This document shows, piece after piece, positions 52,740 to 64,000 of a stretch of 64,000 nucleotides of DNA; the stretch's first letter is position 1; each line of letters opens with the position of its first letter. The notes under the pieces were generated by a model. The model saw only the letters and a list, made by a program, of their open reading frames with translations. It did not search any database and was not told the DNA's origin. The stretch comes from Chrysomallon squamiferum. Its lineage: Eukaryota; Animalia; Mollusca. The translations under genes and the position numbers were made by a program. The stretch is taken from positions 15,252,001-15,316,000 of the forward strand of contig CM022666.1 in NCBI GenBank assembly GCA_012295275.1, written 5' to 3'.

Positions 52740-55258
52740 ATGAAGATTTTGGTTGTCATTTGTTTCTTCATTGCTTCTGTCTACGCCTTAACAGATGAAG
52801 TGTAAGTTTTTTTATTTTATTTTTTTATTTTTTTATTTTTTTTAAACTATTCTAATGTTATTGTAAGCTGAGAAACGATCAAACGGCTCCAGCAAATTAA
52901 TTAGTGATACCACAGTTTGAGAGAGCTACCGGTCCTCAAATAATCCCAAACCAAAATAAATCAACATTTTTAGCTGTTCGTGGATAATTGGTGTGATACA
53001 GGTTAAGGTGCTGAATGCAAGCAATTCCTGTAAACTCCGCTTCACTTCAACTCTACGCTGTGTTACGCGTCTTTAGTTAAAAGGTTACAGAAACTGACGA
53101 GGTAGAACAAGGGGACGAGTATTTTCTTATCAGTTTAAGCTGGAACGTCACTGAGGTGATCTGCTAATCTAAACTGCCAGTCCAAACTACCGAGGTAATG
53201 CGTCAAAACGACCAAAATGACGATGATCTACTCACAGTCTTGGACACATTCTGAACTGATCTTAATTACGGAGGTGGTATATTTTGTCAGCTAATTTACA
53301 TATGTTTTTGTGGGTCAGATTATTCAGGTTTTCAGCAGTAATCTATTATTATTTGTATATTATCACACTCGTTCCTTCGATAGCCACATGAATGTGTAGC
53401 ATCAACTAGAAATGTAGTTTTTATAATTATTTTGAGTTTTATGTTACAGCATCTTTTGGAAATTCAAGGACTGTTATACTTAGTGTCTTTTTGGTATACC
53501 TCTATACGGATGTAGGTGTTTTCCACTGTGGCAAATTTAAAACAAAAACAAAAAAGTTTCATATACATTGTATAGTTTGTTATCAGCGAAAAACATTTTG
53601 TAAATAAACCGATTGGGAAAGCAAGAACAAACAAACAAACAATAATAAAATCAACAACAAAAATAACAATAGCAATACAACAACAGCAAAACAATAATAC
53701 AACAATAACAACAGTAATAATAACAGTAACAACAGCAATAATAATAAATCAATAACTAGAATAACAACAATAGCAATACAACAACAAAACAATAACAATA
53801 ACAACAGTAATAAAGTTACAACAACAACAATAACAATAACAAAATCAACAACAATAACAATCACAATAACAGTAATAACAAAAACAACAAACAACAACAA
53901 CAATAATCACAATCACAACAGTAACAATACAAAATAACAATAACAGTCGCAATAAGAACAACAACGATAACACTAACAGCAACTACAACAATTGATTATT
54001 ATTTTTTTTTGTATTCAAGGTTTTCACGAGCAGGTACAAAAACATTTGATGCGTTGGACGAAAACGGTGATCTGCAGATCTCAGTGAATGAAATATTAGA
54101 ACATCCTAAAGTTCTATGCAGTACGTTGAAAAATATATATATTTTTGTTGTTGTTGTTGTTGTTATTATTATTATTATTAATACATGTTTTTAAAATTTA
54201 ATTTGTTTTTTGAATGTAAAAATTATATAAATTTAAGTAATGATGCAATTTATAATGAATTGTTAATTAGCAAAACACTAATAAGTTTTAAATTATCACA
54301 GACACACACACAGACAGACATAAAAAAATCTTATACTGTAGTTCTCTATGAACGTATCAATGAACGAATTGTACTTCGATCTATCAATATGACGGCGAAA
54401 AGCACATAAAAGATATTCGACTTTATTTATTTATTTCAATATTAATTAATTCCTTTCATTGATTTTATTTATTGTTTGTAATATAATTGATTAATTATAC
54501 TAATTATTTATTAATTTTTATTGGTTGGCTACATACTGAAGGCAAAAATTGCTCGTGTTCTCAAAACTGAATAAAAATCGATTGTGTTACTATTTTATAG
54601 TATCTCTTGGTCTAAATGCATTCCAACTACACAGAAAATTCCATTTACTGACGGAAGTAGCCAAAGCTTTGTTTAGATATCGTGACTACGACGGAGACGG
54701 TGTATTGACATTTGATGATATCAGAAAATCGTTTGATTTAGCAGACTTAAACGGTGAGTTAAATCATAAAGAGAATACCATTTAAGTAACAAAATGTGTC
54801 CCGTGACCCAGTTTTCAGTGATTGATATTAGACATTGGCATAAATCTTCAAGATATATCTAAATATCATTGGAACACATACTGCATGTGGATGGTAACTA
54901 TATTCATATTTCAAATGTGAAATTTTCACTTGTGTGTCTCACAGGGTCAGAGTGAATCACAATTATAGATAATCGGATAATGCGTCGACTTGCGACTAAT
55001 TATCGCCATAGCGGGTCACATGTCATGTTGGTTCTAATCTACTTCATCTCTTTAGTGTTCATTTCTTAATGTGTTTCTTGCGTCTAAGCAATAATTTAAA
55101 AATAATGTTTCACTAATTTAATATGGCATTTTTTTCTCATTTAAGATTATAAATAAACATTATCACAAATTGTTTGTTTGTACCTAGTTTATAAATTCTT
55201 TTCATTTTTATTTTTATATTAGTATCTCAAATTTATTTATTTTTTAGAAAACCAAAAT

Positions 55259-55307
<49 letters not shown>

Positions 55308-56705
55308 GAAGAAGAAAGAAACCCGCAAAACTACAACAATCATTAAGAACTGTAGAAAATAGATTTAAAAATAATATTTATAAATAAATTAATAAATAAA
55401 TAATAGTAATGACGACAACGACGACGATGATAAAATAAATCTTGACGAAATAACAAGACAAATAAAAATAATTTATCTGCAGAAAATGGTTTACTTTCCG
55501 AGAGTGAATTTAGAAGAGCGTTTGTTAAAGTAAATTTTTATTTTATTTCGCACTATATTTTTAAAAAGATAACTTTAAATTTCCATAAATAAAATAGCAG
55601 TAATTAAAGAAATTAAATTTAAAGAAACATATTTTTACATACATACGTACATGTTGAAATCTGGAAAAAAAATCTCGGTCCGAGCCAGGGAACAGTTCGT
55701 CTGCCCAAAATTATTTCGCGAACCTGTCGATATGACGTGGCGGCGCGCGCATCGTACGTTATCTTCGCGCCTGTTTTTGCAAAGTGCTTTCGCGGAAGGG
55801 TATGTTAAATGTGACGGAAAAGTAGATCTTTTTAAAACGTTGCACGGAAACATCAGGGAGCAAAATGAATGAACTGTTAGGTCCTAGCGATGTCGAGTTT
55901 GGGGATTTCAACCTGTACACTTCATACATACACATTCATAATTTTATAAATACATGCACGCAGACAGAAAAAAAAAAAACAAAACAAAACAACAACAAAA
56001 CCAAAAACTCCTTTTCAAACCGAAATGTTTAAAGGGATAACACAGATAATATTTATAATACGAAGATATAATTCGTACACATTAGTGTACTGTCTTTACT
56101 GTCCTTACAAAACGTACAGTGAGTTAACTGCGTAAGAACATTTCAAACTGTACTGCTGCTGTTTTGTTTTTCGATCAGAGTTTCAGATACATAAACTCGC
56201 AAGTATCAGACAGTGCCATGGAGTTTTTCATCCTTGACAAGTCTAGAGATGGTTTAGTGGAGGGACAGGAACTGCTCGAAGGATATTACGTTCTGAATAA
56301 AAGTACGTTAGAGTTAAATTAATATTAATCAAAACTACAACAACATTTTTTTTTTAATTTCTTTTAATGATTGTTTTCCTTTGTTTTATTTTATTTGTTT
56401 ATTTTTTTCAGCGTGTTTCAATCGGTTTATTTAATTTTGGAGAGCGAGAAGATATGTAGATAGATATACAGACAGATGTTGTTCATTTAAAAAAAAGTAA
56501 ATAATAAATGTGTCACAGTTTAGCGTCCACCATTTTATGACTAAATATGAAAATGTTGAAAAAGAATACAACAGCGTGCCCTGTACGATATTTGAATGAT
56601 GGCGTAGTCTTTTACATTAGTACTTCAGATCAAAGTATCATCTTTTACTGCTGCTATTTCATTTTTTTTTTTTTTTTTAATTAATTGTATTGCCTTGCAT
56701 ACCAC

Positions 56706-56741
<36 letters not shown>

Positions 56742-56900
56742 TTATTGTGAAGAGTTAAAAATTAATGATACTCATACTCGAACATCTAGTTGTTTTTTTT
56801 AGTTTCTATTATTATTTTTTTTCCAGATCACATATTCCCTACTGTAAATGATTTTGTTCTGAATGCTTTGGAGTTTAGTAACCCTCATAGTCACCACCAC

Positions 56901-56982
<82 letters not shown>

Positions 56983-57286
56983 TCAACATGCTCTTCTTTA
57001 CAAATATATCATTATTATTATGATTATTCATTTTTTTACAAATTAATTGTATTGCCTTGCATACCACATAGTATATATATATATTATTGTTAAGAGTTCA
57101 GAATTAATGATACTCATACTCGAACATCTAGTTATTTTGTTTTAGTTTCTATTATCTTTTATTTATTATTTTTTTTTTTTTTCCAGATCGCATATTCCCT
57201 ATTATAAATCATTTAGTTCTGAATGCTATGGAGTTTAGTGGCCATCACAGTCACCATTACAGTCACCATCACAGACACCATCACAG

Positions 57287-57369
<83 letters not shown>

Positions 57370-57479
57370 TATCAACATGCTCTTCCTTACAAATATTATC
57401 ATTATTATTATGATTATTCACTTGTTATTTTTATTTAGATGCTCTCAATTACGTCCAATACAGAGAATTCTTTATGTAA
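52740..57479 (+). CDS. Secreted multi-EF-hand Ca2+-binding protein (resembles molluscan insoluble matrix shell protein 5-like family) with His-rich C-terminal cassettes, ~233 aa if all exons are used
   Basis: Exons 52740-52801, 54020-54120, 54601-54753, 55483-55529, 56179-56302, 56827-56901, 57187-57285, 57439-57479 in frame (702 nt). Signal peptide MKILVVICFFIASVYA; EF loops DENGDLQISVNE, DYDGDGVLTFDD, DLNENGLLSESE, DKSRDGLVEGQE. The terminal TAA overlaps a GTAAGT, so one further exon is possible. Confidence 0.8.
55650..55915. mobile_element. Tc1/mariner-type MITE, 266 bp, in an EF-hand gene intron
   Basis: ta|CATGTTGAAATC ... GATTTCAACCTG|ta: 12-bp TIR with one mismatch, TA target duplication, GC-richer interior. 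Confidence 0.75.
56681..57420 (+). repeat. Tandem duplication (~360-bp unit) containing acceptor, His-rich exon, donor and (CT)n tract
   Basis: Units begin TTAATTGTATTGCCTTGCATACCACA at 56681 and 57043; they share ATACTCATACTCGAACATCTAGTT, TTCCAG|AT, (CT)n and CATTATCAACATGCTCTT. Confidence 0.92.
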
Positions 57480-57519
57480 GTTAAATCTGATGTTCTACAT
57501 ACAGTATATACAGTGCTGG

Positions 57520-57900
57520 AATACAATACAGTGACACAACACAGAACTGCAATATCATACATAATACTACAATACAATACAATACACATAATACTAGAAT
57601 ACAATACAACATGGTATAACAATACAACAATACAACACATAACTACAATACAATGCATATCATACTAGAATACAACACTCCTTCACTACAATAAATATAA
57701 TATTAGAATACAACAGTACTACAGTACAGTACATATAATACTAGAATACAATGCAACACAGTACTACAATACTATGGATATGATACTAGAATAGCATACA
57801 ACACAGTACTGTACAATATATATAATACAAAACAACACAGTACTGTAATACAATACATAAAATACAATAGAATACAATACAGTACAGTACTACACTACAT
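57520..57900. repeat. Degenerate (AATAC)n/ACTAGAATACAA low-complexity repeat
   Basis: Recurrent atactagaatacaa and caata words. Confidence 0.75.
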
Positions 57901-60861
57901 GTACTACTTGTAATCTACTGTTATATTGTTCATGTCATTGTTTGTAGTTTTTATTTTTTCGTAGTTACATATAAAACAATACACTAAATTTAATAAAATA
58001 CTGATTATAATACAACAGAAAATTATTATAATATGCCAAATATCTTGCAGACAAACACACACTTATGCTCACACAGACACACACACATCCTTCATTTTCC
58101 CATCACTATTTGTCAGTTAGCCTATTTAAAAAAAAAAAAAAAACTTATTAATAATAATTGTAAAGAATTAATTTTAATTTATGACAAGCTTTTTAACAGC
58201 TATTACAGAAACAGAGTTATAATTATTACTGTCTTACTTACACCTTATTAAATAGAAGAAAAATTCATCTGTTTTCTTAAAAACAAAAAATTGGACATCT
58301 GTTATTTTCTTTTACATTTAAAGTACATCACTTTCACAGTTATGTTTTCAGATATATCCTAACTAAATATACTGTTATGTCATGACTTGGAATTAGAAGC
58401 ATATGATAGGCAAGTATTGAAAGAAAATGTAAACTAGAAATAAAATTGTAATAACAGAGTAATATTTTACATTTATTACGTTAAAACAACATACGAGTCA
58501 CTTAAGAAAAAAAATGAAGAAAAAAATTGATTTATTGCAAGCAAAAATATGAAGATTTTTCTGATTTTTTAAAATAAACATTATATACATTCACATGCCT
58601 GCCTGCCGCTATACATTCATAAACACACACACACACATATATATATATGTGATCAAAGTACAAAATTATTTTGTCATGGTGAAATCATTACCAACATGAC
58701 AGTTACATTTTATAAGTTCTTATAACCCTACGTAAAAAAAAAAAAAATAGTTAAAAAGAAAGGTATAGAAAGTATAAATTAATAAATAAAAGAAACTTAA
58801 AGGGTGATCTAGAAGAATCAGTCAGTAAAAATCATGTTTTTATTATTAAAAAAAAAAAGGGAAAACAATTAAAGTTCAGAACATTTAGATAAATCTTAAT
58901 TTCATTTATTTGTTATATGTGCTTATTTTAGTTAAATCAGGAAAAATGTTTGTAAACATTGCCATGATCACCAACACCAGATCTGTCACTATCACTATTA
59001 GCAACATCATCATCACCAATTTCACTGTTATTATTATTATTATTATTATTACACATTTCATAATCATATTTTTTATTTACTTTTAATTCTTCTTTTCTTT
59101 TTTTTTAGATTTTTATCATATCAGTTAATTAAGTTGACAAATAAAAATATGTTACAATTTCCTTTGTGTTTGGTTTTCTTAAATTGACATTTGATTTTGT
59201 TCATGTATATCAACACACACACACACACACACCTCAATGGTTTCTTGCCTTTTCACTGTGAAGAAACCTGTTTACTTAAATTAGTATTTGTGCAGACCCC
59301 AGATTTTTAAATTGTCTGTCTACTCAAGACATGGATTTTGTAAACAAACCACAAAGTTATTTTTCCAGTTTCATCTGAAAGATGAAGATACTGTTAATGA
59401 TATATGAAATTTTCCAAATTACGTTAGCAGTAATAAAAATAGTAATAACAACAACAACAACAATGATAATAACATCTTTCATTTTTGCAATCTAAATTAT
59501 TTATTACTTTGTTTATTTCATATACAATAATGATTGTATTTTATGATCTGCACCAATTACAAACGTTTTTCTGTATCACAGTGTAAAGGAATTCAATTCT
59601 GAAAGCATCAACCAAAACTAAGAAAACAAATATATCTTGTTCTTTACATTTTGTATAAGATAAAAGAATTTAATTCAAATCTTTCCCAAAGAAGAAGTAA
59701 ATTCAGTTCTTACTTGTTCTACAATTGTATGTATTGTTAGTCCCAAAAGTTGATAAAATGTTAGAAGAAACTTTTAATGTGCTCTTCATTTGTGTAATGG
59801 TGATATTATGAAAAATATTAAGATAAAGAAAATTAAAAATTTTACTTTTTGATTATTTTATTTTATATTTTGCAATGTCAGTTTCATGAGTTGACAGATA
59901 ATCTGGTGGTATATTTCCCGTTCTAACCAGAATCATACAACAACCATATCAAAGGCTTTGCTTTTTTCTGGATTGTACAATTCATATAAAAGATTTCTTG
60001 ATGTAACTGAAAAAGAGCAGTCTACAGCAGATGTGACTTTTTTTCTCTTCATCAGTAGACTTTAACAAAAGACACAATGCTATATAATTTTCAATGGATA
60101 TTGTCTGTGTTGTTACTGAACTGTATTTTATGATATTGTTTCAAAATGAATATATTATGAACAATATTGAAAAAGAGAAGGCAGTTAATAAAGATATTGC
60201 TACAAGCAGTTTACTGACTGAAATATACTCCAACTTTTTACATTTTCATAATAATTCTCACCACAGGCATACAGCTAAGGGAGTTGGGGGGGTTGGGGAG
60301 GTGCAGCTGGGGGATAGTCTGGCCAAGGCAAGAAGTTACTAGAACTTGTGTTTGTTTTATTTTTCTATGAAAATTTCATGAATACAACTCTTTTGGCACC
60401 TAAATAAAACATTTCGTGATTGTTATTACTGTGTTTTGTGTAGTATTAACATACTGGAATATCTGTTGTATGCACATTCAAATTAACACAGAGGTGTTAA
60501 TGTATGGAAACATCTTAATTTGCTTTATTTTTTTATTTTGTTAAAGTGCTAGATGAATCAGTCAGTAAGAATTCTGAGCTCAACTGTATTATGAAATAAA
60601 GAAAAATAATGAAAAATTCAAAACATTTAGATAAATCTTAATTTCATTTATTTCTTATATGTATCAATTTTGATAAATCAAAAACACAAAATTTACAATA
60701 ACTTAATACAAGAAGAAAGAAAGAAAAAAAGTCTTCATTATATCCAAAAATATGTTCAATCCATTTTTAATTTCAGGTTAAGAATTTCCACAAATAAAAA
60801 CATAAACAGTATGATAATTACCAAGATGTTTTCATTGTTTATCAATATGCTTGTGAAAATA

Positions 60862-60907
<46 letters not shown>

Positions 60908-61302
60908 ATAATAATAATAATAAAAATTAAAATTAAATTAAAAAAAAGTTAAAAAAAAAAAAAAATTACAAGAGAAAATACTAAATAATTTGTTAGTGAA
61001 GAAAAAGAATGACACATAAAATGTATATAAAACAATAATTTCATTATCCAGTCCTAGTTACAACACAAACACATCATCCCTTTTTTTTGACTCTGTCCAG
61101 TATTTACAAGTTACATTTTACACAGCAAACATTATCTTTACTAAATTCATGAGTTAAATTTGATATTTGTAGAATTAATACATACACTGTTAAATTTATA
61201 AGCTAAACTTATTATTAATAAAATTCATGTGTTTAACTTTATATTAAATTCTTATGTTAAATTTTGTTATCAAATTGTAAAGAAATTGTTCGAGTTAATT
61301 AA

Positions 61303-61333
<31 letters not shown>

Positions 61334-61370
61334 TACATCTTTCTTTGCAGGAATAATGTTGGAAATGTTT

Positions 61371-63153
61371 TTAGTAATTTTTACAAAGATCTTCTCTCTC
61401 TTGAAACTGCATGTCAACTGCTTTTGACAATGCCTGCATGAAATCTTCTAGACATATATTGGGAGACTGCAGAAAAAAAAGAAAAACAATTATTTAAAAA
61501 CTACATCCACATTCCCACAAATTATAAATATAATAAAATGAAAAATAACAAACATATCAAAGTTAAAAAAAGAAATTATCTTTCTACCTGTCTATCTATA
61601 TAAATAAATAAATAAACAAATAAATAACAACAACAACAATAAGATAACAATAATAATAAATACGCAAATAATAAATGGATTATTAAATATTTATTTTCCA
61701 GATATTTTGGCCTTTGTACATTATAAAATAACAATAAAAAAAAAATCTGTTTAACACTTATAATACATAAGAATTTGATAACTTCAAATATGGACAAATA
61801 TGAAAATAATACGTTTGTCTTGAAAAATTTAATTATTTGACAAATTTTTGATTACATAAATGTGGACTTAAAAAAAAAAGAAAAAAAGAAATAGTGCACA
61901 ATTTCAAATTTGACTGTTACAAATATCTTGAAAAATTTAATAATGTAACAAAACATAATACAGATTGTGAATTTTAAAAAGATTACTCATAATTTCAAAT
62001 TACTACTAGTTTGTGACAAAAAGACCGATTGTGAATGTTTTAAGAAAATCAATCAAGTTCACAGATTTTAAACATGTACCTGTATGAATGCTGCATGTGC
62101 TATAAATGGCAGTTTCCTCAAAGTTCTACCACTTAAACTTTGACTTTTTCTGGAAATAAATTAAAAAATAATAATTAAAAAAATAAAACAAATAATAATA
62201 ATAATAATAAAATTTAATTAAAAAGAATATTAACAAAAACAACATACATTCACATACATATTTAATTTCACTGTATAAATATTCAAAATTAACTGGTGCT
62301 ATTAAAAAATTAAAAAACAGTTCACAAGAAAAATGATTGGCAGTAAACTGTTAACAATGTAATTAAAAACTGTCAAAGGATAAATTCAGTATTTTTTTTC
62401 AATATTTAAAATTTTAATTTTTTTTTAAATTCTTTTTTTTATTAAGGAATTTATCATTAATGTCAAAATGCAAAAAAATTGTTTTACATAATGAAAATTT
62501 TATCAAATGTGAGCTAACTTATGGCTTGATTATGACAAAACCTGCTCTGATGTGTTATTTTTGTATTAATAAAAATTTAAATAAACAAGTAACATATACA
62601 TTTAACACATACAATATAAGAAGGTACAATTTATTTAAGTTTACATATTTACTACAAAAGAAATCTAAATCTATTCTCTGTACTTCTGTGTATTGTTTAT
62701 TTCTGGTGGTCCAGTCCTATTTAATAATGATGTATATCAGATGAGTACAGTTAAAAAGTATCTGGGTGTGGTCATTTTTCTGAAGTGTTCACTTTACCCT
62801 AAAGACTTGACCGATCCACTCTGTGTTTCACTTTATGTCAGAAAAAAAAAATAGATCTATCAGTTCACCTTGCAGGTGTGAAGGGAGCAAATGTCATATC
62901 AGTTATTTTTGTTATTATTATTATTGTTATTATTGTTATGGTTATATTTATTGTTAGTATTTATTGTTATTGCTGTTACTGTTATTATTTTTATTATTAC
63001 TATTAGTACTGCTACTCTTTCTGTTATTATTATTTTTTTTTATTATTAATATTATTGTTGCTACAATTTTTGTGTTGTTATTATTATTGTTATTACCATT
63101 ATTACTTTATTATTATTATTGTTATTTATTATTATTATTATTATTATTGCTAT

Positions 63154-63184
<31 letters not shown>

Positions 63185-63511
63185 TCTTTTATTTGTTATC
63201 AAAAACAAAATAATAACTTTGAAGTACGATGAATGCTGTTAGCTGATATGTTGACCAAAAGTACTGATTAAATATTACTGAATATTTCTTGAAATGTTTA
63301 TTTAGTAATACAGTTGTTAATTAAGTACCAAAATGTTTATTAAATAATAAAAACACTTATTAAGTAACAAAATGTTTATTAAGTAATGAAACACTCACAT
63401 TGCAATGTTGCGAAGCAGAAGAGAAAGGTGCGTGGCGCTGTTGTCGACAAACCTCATCACTTCCAGCGCCTTGAGGTCAAGCAGCTGCTGTGCAGGGCTG
63501 ATAATCCCTGT
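61371..63511 (-). CDS. TRIP13: Pachytene checkpoint protein 2 homolog / TRIP13 AAA+ ATPase, last three exons (rest lies beyond window end)
   Basis: Exons 63511-63399, 62149-62080, 61466-61371 give TGIISPAQQLLDLKALEVMRFVDNSATHLSLLLRNIAIKSQSLSGRTLRKLPFIAHAAFIQSPNICLEDFMQALSKAVDMQFQEREDLCKNY*, matching the TRIP13 C-terminus (QQLL..LSLLL..LSGR.LRKLPF.AHA..F.QALS.AVD.QF.ER). Confidence 0.95.
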
Positions 63512-63515
63512 CTGA

Positions 63516-64000
63516 GATACACAGCACTCGTAACTAGGTGTGTACAGATACACAGCACTCGTAACTAGGTGTGTACAGATACACAGCACTCGTAACTAGG
63601 TGTGCACAGATACACAGCACTCGTAACTATGTGTGGACAGATACACAGCACTCGTAACTATGTGTGTACAGATACACAGCACTCGTAACTGTGTGTGTAC
63701 AGATACACAGCACTCGTAACTGTGTGTACAGATACACAGCACTCGTAACTGTGTGTGTACAGATACACAGCACTCGTAACTACGTGTGTACAGATACACA
63801 GCACTCGTAACTGTGTGTGTACAGATACACAGCACTCGTAACTGTGTGTGTACAGATACACAGCACTCGTAACTGTGTGTACAGATACACAGCACTCGTA
63901 ACTAGGTGTGTACAGATACACAGCACTCGTAACTGTGTGTGTACAGATACACAGCACTCGTAACTATGTGTGTACAGATACACAGCACTCGTAACTGTGT
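63516..64000. repeat. 29-31 bp minisatellite (GATACACAGCACTCGTAACT..GTGTGTACA), ~16 copies, running off the window end, in a TRIP13 intron
   Basis: Register 63516, 63547, 63578 and onward; source of the pseudo-ORFs at 63596-63983. Confidence 0.97.

Noticed and set aside
63596-63983. Cys-rich repetitive ORFs
   Set aside because: Translations of the 29-31 bp minisatellite in a TRIP13 intron.

Overview
AT-rich, microsatellite-dense eukaryotic (animal) genomic DNA. Gene content and one dispersed repeat suggest a mollusc, probably a gastropod (inference). Almost all supplied ORFs are translations of simple repeats; the real genes are spliced and were assembled by hand from GT-AG exons with consistent phases. 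The window holds two minus-strand tRNA-Glu(TTC) genes and five protein genes. (1) A + strand gene whose last three exons encode a FAIM1 C-terminal-domain-like protein (5' end unresolved). (2) An 11-exon + strand type-I membrane protein with two WSC domains and an acidic-then-basic cytoplasmic tail (~412 aa). (3) A 17-exon minus-strand secreted, probably GPI-anchored DUF885 (HExxPGHH) peptidase-like protein (~632 aa) with several substituted family-conserved residues. (4) A + strand secreted multi-EF-hand protein whose last EF-hand is split by a tandemly duplicated, His-expanding cassette exon. (5) The last three exons of TRIP13/Pch2 on the minus strand. Minisatellites (92, 27, 54, 27/28 and 29-31 bp units), two TA-flanked MITEs and several local duplications fill the rest. 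The best leads are the His-cassette EF-hand gene, the remodelled DUF885 protein, the WSC receptor tail and a 2.1 kb intronic satellite built from splice-signal-like words. No prokaryotic defence system or CRISPR array is present.
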